A stretch of DNA of 64,000 nt, taken from contig JAAILG010000348.1 of assembly GCA_012026655.1 (NCBI GenBank), forward strand, positions 1-64,000, read 5' to 3'. Position numbers and translations under genes: made by a program. The notes under the pieces are model-generated. The model saw only the letters and a list, made by a program, of their open reading frames with translations, ran no database searches and was not told where the DNA came from. This stretch comes from Hydrolagus affinis (Eukaryota). Shown piece by piece: positions 38,501-51,167 of this stretch (positions are counted from its first letter, which is position 1; each line of letters starts with the position of its first letter).

Positions 38501-38805
38501 GGAGTCCGGTAGCTCAGTGGTTAGGGAAGTTGCCTTACAAGCGAGAAACCTGGGTTTGATTCCAGGCAGGGGAAACCGTGGGTAAGTTTCCTTATTCCTT
38601 ATGCCTAATAATAATCCCTCCCAAAAAAATTGGTCAATTCAATCTATGACTGTTTGTGGGACACTGCTGTGCGCAATTGGCTGCCGCTTTTGCCCACAAA
38701 TATAGTCAATTCAATTTACAGTATATTCTGTGAAATGTTTTGAGACGTCTAGAAGACGTGAAAAGCTCTATATTAAATGCAAGGATTATTATTATTAGTA
38801 GTATT
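38501..38805 (+). mobile_element. Full-length tRNA-derived SINE (short subfamily)
   Basis: ggagtccggtagctcagtggttagggaagttgccttacaagcgagaaacctgggtttgattcc head; same body and (att)n tail as 24159. Confidence 0.93.
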
Positions 38806-39434
38806 AACCTTCCTCATAAGTAGCGTGCAGAAATTTATGTGAACCTATCACCATCACCATTTGCATTAGTACCATTTTTATTAAACACTCCACCATCATG
38901 ACTCACCGTCACTGAGACAGAGCAGCGAGCTTCTGAAAACCTGCTTTGAATGCTCCTGCTATAAATTGGAGTTGAGCACAAAAGCACACTTGCACACTTT
39001 GTCCATAATTTCAGACTATTTTTGAACTGTTAGCATATTATAAAGAATGAAAAGGTCGCAAAGAATTTGTAAGTGCCTAGGTGGTTCTGAGTGTGGCAGT
39101 TCTGTGATTTTATATGCACAATGAATTATATAGGATCTTTGATGAAAAATATCTTAAAACAGTTTTATTCGAATCCTTGTAGTTTCGAGTCCTGAAATAG
39201 CCTATTTAGATTTGTGGAATATGAATTCAAAATCGAAGTTTAAACACATATACGGTGTGACGAATACATTTATATTGTGTCTAATCATGACAGGAGGATC
39301 ACATTCCATACTGTGCTGAACATTAAAAGATTACCATAAAGAGCCTAATGTAATGCATTTGGCTAGTTATCCTGCATTTTATAAAAAATGCATGAATGCA
39401 TTATTTTAGTTCTCAATTTTGATTTTCAATTATC

Positions 39435-39600
39435 GTAACAATCCTTGCCTTTGATATATAGCTTTTATCATGTTATCGGGAAGTCCCAAAGCACTTCACT
39501 GCGCTTTGAGACGTCTCGATAACATGATACTGTAAATTGATGTGACTTGTGTATTTTACGGGCAAATGTGGCAGCTAATTTTGTGCAGAGCACACCAATG
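39435..39600 (-). mobile_element. SINE 3' fragment carrying an internal fold-back inversion
   Basis: atccttgcctttgatatatagcttttatc...; arms 39466-39494 and 39501-39529 are inverted copies (25/29 match). Confidence 0.8.
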
Positions 39601-39974
39601 CGTCATAAACAGCTTAGTCTAAAATATATTTTTGTTGGCACTAACCAAAAGGAATAATCTTTTAACAGATGTACTTAAGATCAATGCTTGATTTTATATA
39701 TACAGTATATATATATTTGTGAGTTCTAAAGACATATGAACATATATTTTTTAACTCACGATACACAAATGTGACTTCTAAAATATTTTCCTAATTGGAA
39801 GGTATTTTTGAAGGAGCTTTTTAGCCCATTAAGTTATAGATATAATTTTATGTTGTTGTTGATGCAATGTCCTCACATTGAGTTTGATTTATCTGTAAAC
39901 TTTACTCTCCATTAGAGAAATCAGGCGGACTTCTTTAGAGATATAAAACACCATTTTGGAATCTATCAGAACAC

Positions 39975-40053
39975 CTTGGAAAATATCTTTACTGTAGAGA
40001 TTTAATATTCATAGTATGAATATTAAATCTCTACAGTAAAGATATCATCCAAG
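39975..40053. repeat. Near-perfect palindrome / hairpin
   Basis: 39983-40013 (atatctttactgtagagatttaatattcata) is the exact reverse complement of 40015-40045 with a 1-nt spacer; pairing extends through a 2x2 mismatch to cttgga/tccaag. Confidence 0.97.
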
Positions 40054-41003
40054 ATCTAATACAGAAATTGCCTATTTGAATTCGTAAACTGACATTTCCA
40101 ATTCCTTTTCAATCAATCGAGGATTGTCCTCCTTTTAGCTTCTTAAACTCATTCACTTGTCTCTGCTCCTCCAACTAGACAAATAAACTGCACAGCAGCT
40201 GCCTGACGAAGAACAGGGACACTTGCTCAGTCTGTTGCTTCCGCTGATGCTGCGATCAATTCTCTTGTTTCCTGCCTCGCTTTCTATTCCAGCTTCAGCT
40301 TTTTTTCTGGCTTCAATTCCCACTTGCATTTGCACTCCTCAATTTCAACAATATGTTCACTGGTTCCACTTCAGTCTTACTTCAGTCATTCGGGCTTTTC
40401 ATTTCTTGCACTCGGCCCTCGGTTCTTTGCCTTTCAACAAATTGTAATGGGACTTTATACTACCAGTCTGGCTCTTTATGTGGAACAGCACCCTTTTCTG
40501 GATTTCATTTTGTATAGAAAACACATGTGAGAAACGGTTCCTTATATTTTATGGTTGATGCCGATCAGCTATTTTTTGTTTGATTTCATGCAACACACAT
40601 GCAGGCAATTTTATGTACAGTATAATGCTGTGCGTGAATATAAAATATGCATATTGTTAGGTCAGGGCTGAGGTTTTAGACCTGGCTTCAATATACTTGA
40701 CTGGATTTCTATTGATTCTGCAGCAGCTAACTTTGGTGTCTGGAACTATGCATCCACTGAGACTGATGATGTATAATTATTGTGTTTACATTGTAGGACA
40801 AAATCTATAGTACCATTGAAAACTGGGCTAACTGGACAATTACTAAAATCACAACATGTGGTTTTCTACATGGTCAAGATCATTCTGTGCTATGGACAGA
40901 AGCTGGTCTTGAACCCAGTATTTAATATCTAAATACTCAAAGTGAATAGCTCACATTTAGGATCAGTATTTATTTTGTGGCTTTTTCCCCCCATTGTTTA
41001 CAG

Positions 41004-41096
41004 ACAAACTGGTGAATCCAAATGTAAAATTGACCATGAAGCTGTCAGACTGGAAGGAATCAAATGCCACCACCTTGCCTTCTGATCATTTCACTG
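41004..41096 (+). CDS. Candidate internal coding exon (93 nt, phase 1-1) of an unidentified gene
   Basis: Acceptor ctttttccccccattgtttacAG and donor actg|GTAAGT; length divisible by 3; only the phase-1 frame is open (xKLVNPNVKLTMKLSDWKESNATTLPSDHFT). The protein is not recognised. Confidence 0.5.
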
Positions 41097-42067
41097 GTAA
41101 GTTTTGGTGAGGTGTTAGTTTCAAACATAAAAATAGAAAATTCACATGTTATTTTGATACAAACATTTTGAAGTTAAAAAAATATATAGTTTGGGTCACT
41201 TCAGATTAGTTTAGATTTCTAACCAGATAATCCCTCTACCTGAAAAGACTTTGTAATTGTGTTCCCCAATACAGTACATAACTTTCACAGATACATCTGA
41301 GGCTGATTTATTATATTACATTTATTACTTTATTGTTCTTATGGCAGATTTGAGGTTCTTGCTACATCTTTTTACTTTGTGCATCAGCTGTGAATGGGAC
41401 TGAGAAACCAGGGTGATTTGAGAAAGCTTTTTGCTTTAATTGTTTCACCCAATAGGTACATTATTCACAACATTGTAATGTTTATATATCAACTATGTTA
41501 ATCTCATTTTATTAAATAAAAGCATCGCTCTAGGCAATAGTTTGATACTCAATGCACATGTGTAAAGCAAAGTTATGAGAGATATCAACATATAATTGTT
41601 CCAGCTCATTTGGTTTTGGGTGAATTGCTCGCTTGAAAGCACCTATTAGTTCACTCTTATTTTTTCAGTTAATTTACATATTGGGACTCGTGGTTATAAT
41701 AATTTGATCAAATATATCGTATTGCATTTCATGATCAATAGATTAATTGTGTATATACAGTATAATCAAAACCATTCCTGCATACTGATGAGTGAAATTG
41801 AAGAATTGACACAAAATCAATTTTTTTCCACATTCAAATATTAATGAATTGGAGCCGTCTCTTTTGGAGTATTTTCTTGTGGTAGTCCTTGAGTCTCCTG
41901 CGTTTGTAATGGACGCCTCCATTATTGTACCCCTGTGGAAAAGATATTGACCCAAAATGTAGACACAAGAGTTTTCCAATGGCATGTGGCATACCAAGGA
42001 ATAATTGAAATGGCATTTTTTTGACAGTCGCTATGTCTAATATGTTACATGTCCCAACTTCATTTTG

Positions 42068-42437
42068 AATGTCCCCTCCGTTCAGCGAGCTCTGCCCTGC
42101 TCCACGTCCTGTCCCGTCCCCGAACCGCCCTATCATCGGTGGCCGGGCTTTCAGTCTCTCTACCTCCACACTCTGGAATTCCATCCCGCAATCCCTTGGC
42201 CTCGCTTTCTCCCTTTCCTCCCTCCAGGCCGGTCTCAAGACCTTCCTCTTTGACTGTGCCTTCCGCTCCCCACCTAATACTCCCCTGTCTCCTACTCTCC
42301 TTTCCACTTCCACAAACTCTCCCCTTCTTCCGCCCCCCCCCACCCCCCACTCGAGTCCCTACCCAACTGTTCAGTGCCTTGGGACGTACTCCCGACGTGA
42401 AAGGCGCTCTATCAATGTAATTTTGTTGTTGTTGTTT
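42068..42437 (+). mobile_element. L2 LINE 3' end, relatively young
   Basis: IGGRAFSLSTSTLWNSIPQSL...LKTFLF; CpGs retained; tail gtgccttgggacgtactcccgacgtgaaaggcgctctatcaatgtaattttgttgttgttg. Confidence 0.93.
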
Positions 42438-43109
42438 GCTTAATTTTAAACAATAGAATTGGCAATTCAATATTATCTCCTTCTGCTTGCTGGATACTCG
42501 ATGGGTTTGACGGCATTTCAGACTACTCCTTTCAGTGGGAATTTTGTAAGCGACAATTTGCACATTTTACAATTTTCACCAGCCTAAATTTTTAACAGAG
42601 GGAGTATGACATTGTCAATCCCCATAAACTAAAACACGTTTATCGCAAATGCGTGCACAGACAAATCTGTTCAATTTAGGATCTTGTGGGAAATCTTTGT
42701 ACAAATTAACAGCTCGGGTGTGCTTCCTCAAGTTGCAATTTGAAAATAGGTGGTAGGTAATCAGAAAGAGAAAGTCTGGTGACACCGCATGGTTCCAGAG
42801 AAATATGCTTCTGTGCCCACATGTTGCCAAGTTCCTCATCTCAGTTGTGTTTTGCTCTGGGGTGGATGAAAGCTGGAGTAGTCATTTGATGGACCTTTCC
42901 CATGTATCTCAAAATACTGGTAAACATTATCAGCGGATGTCCATCTCTCATTACCATATGACATGTCAGGAGGGAACATAAACAGTGTATTTAGTGTATT
43001 TGAAAAAGAGGAGGAAATTTCTCCTAGTATACAGGACAACAATCCTCCAGATAAGATCCCCCATGTTGTGAAATGCACCTAGACCAAATCATTCCTAACG
43101 ACACAACAG

Positions 43110-44645
43110 CAGATCTGACTTGACCATACTAACACCTAGTTAGTTCTACTTCACCTCCACCAAATCATGCTTTTACTCTAAGATAATCTTGGAGGCCAAG
43201 AACAATCCCAGGGTCCTCTTCTCCACCACTAATTGTCTCCTCCAACCACCTTCCGATGCCTTGCCATCCTCTCCTCCAATTCCAACTGTGAGAAGATGTT
43301 GGATTTCCTCAAATCCAAAATTGAGGGCATTTGTTCAGCTCCCTCCTCACGTCCAATGCTGCTTCCCCGCCACCTCCCCCACACACCGTGGTCCCCACCC
43401 ATCCCCACTTACACACCTTTGAGCCTATCTCTTCCTCTTCCCTACCTCCATCACCTCAAAAATTAAGCCCACAACCTGTTCCCTCGACCATTCCCATCCC
43501 TTCTCTTACCTCCCAGCTCCACCTCCTGGCCCCTCTTTCAACCTCTCCTTATCCACTTGCACTGTTCCAAACAACATCTGTCATCACCCCCATCCTTCCA
43601 AAACCTTCGGTGGTCCCATCCCTACTCTCCATCTATCCTCACAATCCTCTGCAAGGTATTGGAATGAGTCATCGAGTCCCAGCTTCACTCCTTCCTCTCC
43701 CGCCATTCCCTATCTAAACTACTCCAGTTGGGTTTCCGTACTGCCCACATATCTATATGCACCCCCTTGGTGACTTCCACATGTATGCGGATGACACTCA
43801 ACTCTACCACTCTGCCTCCATCCTTAATTCCAGGACCACTGCTGTCCTCGTAGACTGCCTGTCGGACATCAAATCCAGGATGGGAGCTAACTACCTGCAG
43901 TTGAATGTCAACAAGACTGAGTCCCTCCTGCTTGGCTCCCATCAGTGCCTCCATACCACGGGTGTTGACAACATCTCCCTCTGTTGATTCACCCTATCTT
44001 GCATCTTACAAAGCCAATACGAAACCTCGCAATTCTGTTCGACCCTCAACTGTGGTTCATATCCCTCATCCGTGCCTTGACTTGCTCCACCTCTGTAACA
44101 TCAACCACTCAACCATTGTCTCACACCACAGGTTGCCAAAACACGTATTCATGTAACATCCAGGCTTAACCACACAAACTCCCTACTTGACAGCTTCCCC
44201 AACCCCTCCCTCCATAGCCTGCAGATAATCCAGAACCCTATCCTCCCATTTTCAGGATACAGTTCAAGATGTTGGTCCTCACTTTCAAAGCCCTCCATGA
44301 CTTGCTCCCACCTACATCTGTGATCTCCTCACTCCCTACCTCCTCACTCCCTATGCTCCATCTGCTGAGCAGGCTCCAGCCTACTTCATATCCCTTGCTC
44401 ACTCCACCGTTGGCAGCCACCCTGCTCCCAGGCTCTGGAATTCCATCCTATAGTCCTTCCGCCTCACCCTCTCCCTTCAAGATCCATCTCAAGACCCTCC
44501 TCTTTCCACACCTTTGGTCACCTTTTCCCCACTCCCCTGCCCTTCACCATCCCCGATCCCAGCTTCCAACTTGGGTCCAAAACATTGATTGTCTATGTAT
44601 GTCCTCCCCATGTGAAAGACGCTATACAAATGTAATTTTTGATTG
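43110..44645 (+). mobile_element. Internally deleted, frameshifted L2 LINE ORF2 (reverse transcriptase) with 3' tail
   Basis: EAKNNPRVLFSTT, FHMYADDTQLY (YADD at 43784-43795), CLSDIKSRMGANYLQLNVNKTE, IRNLAILFD and LVLTFKALH; tail tgtgaaagacgctatacaaatgtaattttt. Confidence 0.95.
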
Positions 44646-44667
44646 ATTTTGGTTGATAAAATTGATC

Positions 44668-44830
44668 ATTCACTTTGTGGTGCTTGTGGGACATTGCTAA
44701 ATGCAAATTGACAAATCTGTTCACTTACATATACACAGTCACTATATTTTATACAACAATTCAGTGGGTGCCTTGAGATGTATGGCATGTGAAATAAGGC
44801 ACTATATATAATGTAAGGATTATTATTATT
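44668..44830 (+). mobile_element. SINE 3' fragment
   Basis: tgtgggacattgctaaatgcaaattgac...gtgaaataaggcactatatataatgtaaggattattattatt. Confidence 0.7.
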
Positions 44831-45999
44831 GTGATTGCTTTTTTCACATAACAAACAATGTGTTTGATCACACTCACACAACACTTGGATGGTGAGAAAA
44901 ATAGTGGAAATCTGAGTTGTAGAAAAAAAACCTGTACTTTAATTTATTCCCAACACCCAAAGCTGTTAAGGCATTGATGACCATGTGTTGTGTTTTGCAA
45001 ACATTAATACTTCTTTATTTGACTAATGATATAGTATATTTATGGTTTATCAGCTCTCTAACTTCCTTGGGGGTGGGGGAAGGTAAGCAGGGAGTGTTTA
45101 AAGCTGAGCTGGCTTCAAGGTAACATACTTGGCACTGCAATGTTGACATTGAGTCAACCCTCAGTAGCGGTTGTAGTTGTCTGTTTTATCAACTGGATGA
45201 TGGGTTTGCAGTACTCAAGGAATCAAGGGCACTGCTGATGAAAGACCAGCTAGATAGAATCAGTGGTAGGTCTTGGAAGGGATTCGATGACTGGGAGCAG
45301 GATTTCTTCCCACTCAGAGCCTGTTAACCCTGCAAGCCAAAGCTGATCCTAGCTGAGCAAGTCGTGTGATGCCCACTGTTGTATATTGCTTTAAGGACAT
45401 AAGTGACAATTGAATATGGATGATACAAGCATAAAATGATTCTGGGAAAATTACTGGGTATATTTGAAAAGGGGTTGATTTGTATAGTTCGAATTGAAGG
45501 ACTCAACAAATTTACATTGCGTTTTGGGATTAAAGAACATTACACTTGCCCGACTTTGTGAGCTCTCTCCCAAAAAACATAACTATGCAGTTCAAGCCAT
45601 GCTATTTTCTGCTCCCTTAGACGAGGAGACAATACTTCAAAGGTGAAAATCTATTATATGATACTTTGTTTCATATTTTACTCTGTGACACCTCTTGCAA
45701 TGCCTTTCATATTGATGACATCACTGCTGAAGAGCAGTTACTTTGAAAATTCAGTCACTATATACAACTAATGAAGCAGGCAGAGATGTGATGTGCAAAT
45801 GTGCCAATCATTGATTAGGCAGTTTTGTTTGATGGAATAGAAATTAGTTTTTAGACTCAAAGTGAGTGATGATCCTTCACGAATAAGTGAGAAATCTTTT
45901 CTATTAACCCTTTACATTTGCCTATCAAAGAATATGGATCACTACATCCCACAGTGAAGTGTTTTGGGAAATCCTTTTAACATAATATATCAAATATAG

Positions 46000-46430
46000 G
46001 AATGTGGGAAGAAGAGTCGGCCATTCAGCCCATCGAGCTTGTGCCATCATTTTATTAGATCATAGCTGATCAGTATCTCTACTAATACTTTTAATTCCAA
46101 TTTCCCACTTTCTCCCCATATCCCTTTATATCCTTACCTACCAAAAATGTATCAACCTCACTCTTGAAGGTATCGATGGTTCCAGCATCTATGACCATTT
46201 GAGGTAGAGAATTCCATATTTCTTTGAACGAAAAAATGCTTCCTAATTTCACTCTTAAATAGCTTGGTTCTAATTTTAAGACTATGTACCCTTGTTTTGC
46301 ATTCCTCCACCAGAGGAAATAGCTTCTCCGTATCTACCCTATCAAATCCCTTTTTTAATCCTAAAATCCTCTGTCAAATCACCCCTCAATCTTCTAAACT
46401 CAAGCGAATATAATCCAAGTTTGCGCAGCC
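46000..46430 (-). mobile_element. CR1 LINE 3' end
   Basis: ggaagaagagtcggccattcagcccatcgagcttgtgccatca...tgaggtagagaattcca...cccctcaatcttctaaactcaagcgaatataatccaag (reverse strand LGLYSLEFRRLRGD). Confidence 0.88.
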
Positions 46431-46499
46431 TTTCTTAAATATATAGTTATTTTGCTATATCAACTGCAGTGATTACTTTCATGTTGCTTTCCAAACTTT

Positions 46500-46690
46500 T
46501 CTGAGAATATGCGATCCTATATTAGCAAAGGATCCACAAATATGGCACGGGTCATATCTTGGGCATCCTCTTTCACTAAAGAGTGTAAATTGTCTGTCTA
46601 CAAAGTCACTACACTTTATAGTACAGTATATTCTGTGAAGAGCTTTGGGACATCTTTCAATCATGTAAGGCACTGTATTAATAAGGCTTG
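46500..46690 (+). mobile_element. Old SINE 3' fragment
   Basis: acagtatattctgtgaagagctttgggacatctttcaatcatgtaaggcactgtatt. Confidence 0.6.
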
Positions 46691-48477
46691 TCAATCTGAT
46701 GAAAGTCTTAAGGATAAGCCTGTTGAGTTAGTTCGCCACTTGAGTGAGCAACGTTAAAGCACTTTGGATACTTTAATAAAATGATGAATTTTATTAAGGC
46801 CTTTTCAAAGCAGCTATGTGATTTGACCTATGAACTGTGGCAGAGGGCTGGGATTCTGTCATGTTTCAAATATAAATGTAGGCATTTTCCTCCCTCCCGG
46901 TGAGCAAAAGAATAGGGCTGGAGGAGATAGATTGCAGCAGTCAGGAGTCTGGAAAAGACAAGACCATAAAGGGATTTGAAGATAATAGCAAGGATCATAA
47001 TATCAATCCCCTGAGGAACCAAGATTTAACTTCAGAAACAATTGGCTTGACTTTGTGTTTACCAATCTTTTGATTTAGCTCTTTTAGATTCTCATTATTT
47101 TTACAGCAAACCTTTTTCTTTACTATCTACTGTATCGATTGCCGTGCCAACCTGCTTTCTTTCATTACTTTTAAGTTATCACTGCATCGTTTGTTTCAAA
47201 TAAAATAGCGTACCTATTCGCTCGATGGGATGAAACACAATCAAAGCCTCTGGAGCTTGCCAAAATGGTAAGAAAATTAGGTGGTTACAACCTAAGATGT
47301 ATTTTAATTAAGTCACAACTCACTTCATTTCCTATTTTATTTGCCCCCATCACTTCCGAACAGTTCCCTTTGAAGCTTCTATTTGTAATTGCTTGGCTTA
47401 ATAGTTTTCATCCTCTGTTATTGCATAGTCAATACACCCAAACCACAGTCCATGTAACCCTCTACCTAGCAACAAATAAAACGTCATCCACTCTTGCATT
47501 TTCTGAAACCTCAAACATTGTTTCAGAACACATCAGTGTTGCTTGGTTAAATGGCTCTATTCTGACAGATTTTTTTTCTGCTCTACATATGTGACTTGTT
47601 TAGTTTTCAACACGCGTTTTTAACTTTAAATCTTTTGCAGCAAATCTCACAAGCTCTGGAAGAGCTCATTGAAATATGCAGGACACCCCAATGTGTTGGA
47701 TCCATTACATTTGATTCCACTTTATATCAGATGCGCAGAAGAAATAATGCCTGCCGGGCCTGCTTCCACTGAGTTTTCCACTGGTTTCCGCTGAGACTTC
47801 TTAGATGAGAAAAATTTAAAATAAAAGAGCTACAACTGAACCTCACCACTCCCCATATTGACCATCATTTGACTGTTCAAAATAAACTCAGCAACATATC
47901 TCTGATATGTTTTCATCTTCTTTCCTTTCTCTGCCAATTGACATGAAATAGGCTGTGATGAGGGAAATGTTGAATTGTGTTTCATATTGCCCTGTCTCTT
48001 CATGATGTTGTCTCCCCCACCACCCCCACCCCCCCAACCACCACACCCCAAGCGTACGCACACTTGTGTAAATCTCAACTGATGAAAAAACGAACAGAAA
48101 CAAAATAAAAATAAAAAAAGAAAGGCAAATCCATAAATGAAAAGTTACATAAAAAATAGGGAGTGAAGATGCAGCTGGAGAGTGAAGGAGGTGCAGTGAT
48201 CTGGTTTAATTTAATTGCTGTCCTAATCCTTCAATAAAATTGGTAAACTTCCTGTTCCATGTCATTGGTACTGAGCTGAATCCTGCAAAGGTTTTTTTTA
48301 ATTAAATAAAACACTATTCAAGCAGGTCTTCCTTTAACTCTTGCTATAGGACAACCCACTATTAAATTAAGTGGGTTCAGCGTGGGCCTGTTTATACTAT
48401 ACATATTTTCTCCCCAGTTTTCCATCCCGAGTAAGCAAAAAATTGAGGTGACAAAATAAACAATCCGAGCAATCAAA

Positions 48478-48598
48478 GCATACAAATATACAGTCACAAA
48501 TATACAGTCAATTCACTTTACAGCATATTCTGTGAAGGGCTTTGCTGTCTCTAAAATATGTGAAAAGCGCTATATCAAATGCAAGGATTATTATTATA
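48478..48598 (+). mobile_element. SINE 3' fragment
   Basis: cacaaatatacagtcaattcactttacagcatattctgtgaagggcttt...gtgaaaagcgctatatcaaatgcaaggattattattat. Confidence 0.88.
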
Positions 48599-49584
48599 TC
48601 AAACACTGCACAAGAACAAATCATACTACAAGCAGATCTATATTATTATAAATAATAGAATCCAATACAGAAAAGGGCTCAGGAGCTCAGTCAAGAAAGC
48701 ATCTATTATCCATTATTCTGCACCAAGTAAAATTCTTGATCTATGAAGATGATGGCAAAGATTGATAATTATTTGGAGTGGTAACAGTTCATTATTGAAA
48801 ACTGAGCCTACGTCTGTATGTTAGAGACACCATTTAATAAGCATTTCCATTATGTCTGCAACCTTTCACTACAGAGTACATATCTTCTTTTCCCAGGGGC
48901 CTAGTTTGGTGTCTTGGTACTTCTCAACTGAGTTATAGCCACATCATTAAATAAGACACTGGGAAGCAACTCATTGCTGAGAGTGAATCCATAAAACACG
49001 AGAGTCTGAGGTAGATCCCGTCTACTCTTCTGTAGTTCTTAGAAATGCTAGGCCTCTCTGGGAGTTTGTTTCCAGTTGATACCTCAGATTGCAAGGACCT
49101 TCTACCTCGCTCGAACCAGGAGTGCTTCAGTCAGAAATACTTTTAACGTTTGAGGAGGTTCAATAGAAAAGTAAAATAATTGACAAGGAGCTAGATTCTG
49201 AACATGTAAGCAAACAAGCAGTCGCATTAGAAGAACACACTGGAAAAGACAGAAAAAGACTTTGAAAGCAACAGGAGAACTAGAGGGCAATATTCCAAAG
49301 AGACTGAGGGACCGTCCGTTCTTATTAGTTTGCTGCGACTAAACAAATCTTTCTGACATTCATAGAGTTATTCTTCTTTCCTTGGGGCTTTGGTGCATCC
49401 ACCAGGGTTTTCCCTCAAAACCTCAGCAGTGGTTGTAATATGTTCTAATAAGGTGGAACAAACCTTTGCCAACATTAGGGAACAAGATCAAATATCAAGG
49501 TAAGATATTGAAAATAGTGAGTGGCAATAAAGCATTATATTGGTAATGTTTTTTTGAAACGGAAATATTGGCATGCTCATCATA

Positions 49585-49735
49585 GCAATATAGGAACAGA
49601 GGTAGGCCAGTCAGCCCTTCGAGCCTGTTCCACCATTTAATTAGATTGTGGTTCATCTGTACCTCAACTAATCCTTTCAATTCCAATTTCTGGCTTCCTC
49701 CCCATATCCCTTAATCCGCTGACCTACCAAATCAT
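49585..49735 (-). mobile_element. CR1 LINE 3' end
   Basis: ataggaacagaggtaggccagtcagcccttcgagcctgttccaccatttaattagattgtggttcatc, homologous to 46000-46145. Confidence 0.85.
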
Positions 49736-50860
49736 TGATGCGTGACACAACCTACTGTTTAGTGTGAATTTAAACATGTGGATCACGGAAGTTCAGCGTT
49801 CAAATCTTTGCTGTGTATTATGTTAGTTCTCAATCAGTCTTGTAGTAGAGGTATGACATTTCATTGCAATGCTCCTGGAAAAAGAAAGGTAAAGCTGCGA
49901 TTCCCAATGCGGGTTGTTATTCAGAGATTCTTGCTGATATGTGTGGATGTTGGGTAGGAATTTGATCTGATTTAATTGTTGATACAGCTGTACTTGCAAA
50001 ACCTGCTAGTACATAGTTAGTCAGTGGTCTGGATTTGATGATAAAAGTAATCCTTGCATTTGATATAGCTCCTTATCACATTTTCAAGACATCTCAAAGC
50101 ACTTCAGAGAATATAGTTTGAAGTGAATTGACTTTGCTGGAGTAAATTGAAGGAGTGGGTGAGGGGCTGGGGGGATTTAATATATATGTTGTGACAAAAA
50201 TACCACACATTTTTTATATCAACTTATAGCACCATTCACGTCAGGAGAATGTCCCAAAGCGTCTTTCCTACAATTGGAAAAGTTGGAAAACTGCTTCTTT
50301 GAGATTCCCTTAGTAAAAACATTGTACAAAAAAGAGCCAACTCTCTAATAGAGATTCTGTTATTTACTTGTTCTGTGAACATGAATGCGATTAATTAATT
50401 CAATCAATATTTTACACCTCAGTTCCTTTGCTTTGTAATCCCACTAATAACTGAGTATGAATTATCAATAATACTGATATATTCCTGTTGTACTGCAGTA
50501 TCAATCACTAGACTTTGTTGAGCAATATTCCCGGTGGTAATAAGTCCTTTTTAATGTGTTAGAGGCAATAGAGGCAGTCGCTAACTGGAACTATTTCTCC
50601 TCGTAGTCTTAGAATGTATGTTGATTATTCCTCTTGTGGCAGATATCATAAAATGACTCAGCCTCAGACAAACCTACATTTTCTGTGCATGTGTATACAG
50701 CATATTTAGTTCAATACAAATGAACTGATTCTATTTTAACAACCGCGTTGGCCCCATTGTGTCAAACAGAGAAGGCAAACAGTCAGAAAATCACAAGAGT
50801 TTATAGTATAAATGCCTCAATATTGTGTGTGTTGATAGTCCATTGGAATAGCTAATTGCA

Positions 50861-51167
50861 TAATAATAAAAATAATTCTTGCATTTGATATAGCGCTTTT
50901 CACGTCTTCTGGATACTTAATTCCAGAATATACTGTATATTGAATTGACTGTATATTTGTTGGCGAAACGTGGCAGCCAATTGCGTACAGCAGTGTCACA
51001 CAAACAGTTATGAATTAAAATGACCAATTTATTAATATTATTTTTTGAGGGATTATTATCAGGTGTGTGGAGTAAGGAAATCTGCCCAAGGTTTTGCCCT
51101 GCCTGGAATTGAACACAGGTCTTTCGCTTGTAAGGTGAGTCCTCTAATGACTGAGCTACAGGGCTCC
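50861..51167 (-). mobile_element. Full-length tRNA-derived SINE (short subfamily)
   Basis: The reverse strand begins ggagccctgtagctcagtcattagaggactcaccttacaagcgaaagacctgtgttcaattccaggcagg; tail at 50861-50910. Confidence 0.93.

Noticed and set aside
47421-47431. ttgcatagtca matches the 5' half of miR-153
   Set aside because: The match stops after 11 nt and there is no precursor hairpin
49104-49239. Minus-strand acceptor with an open frame
   Set aside because: The donor (GTAGAA) is weak and the peptide has no recognisable features
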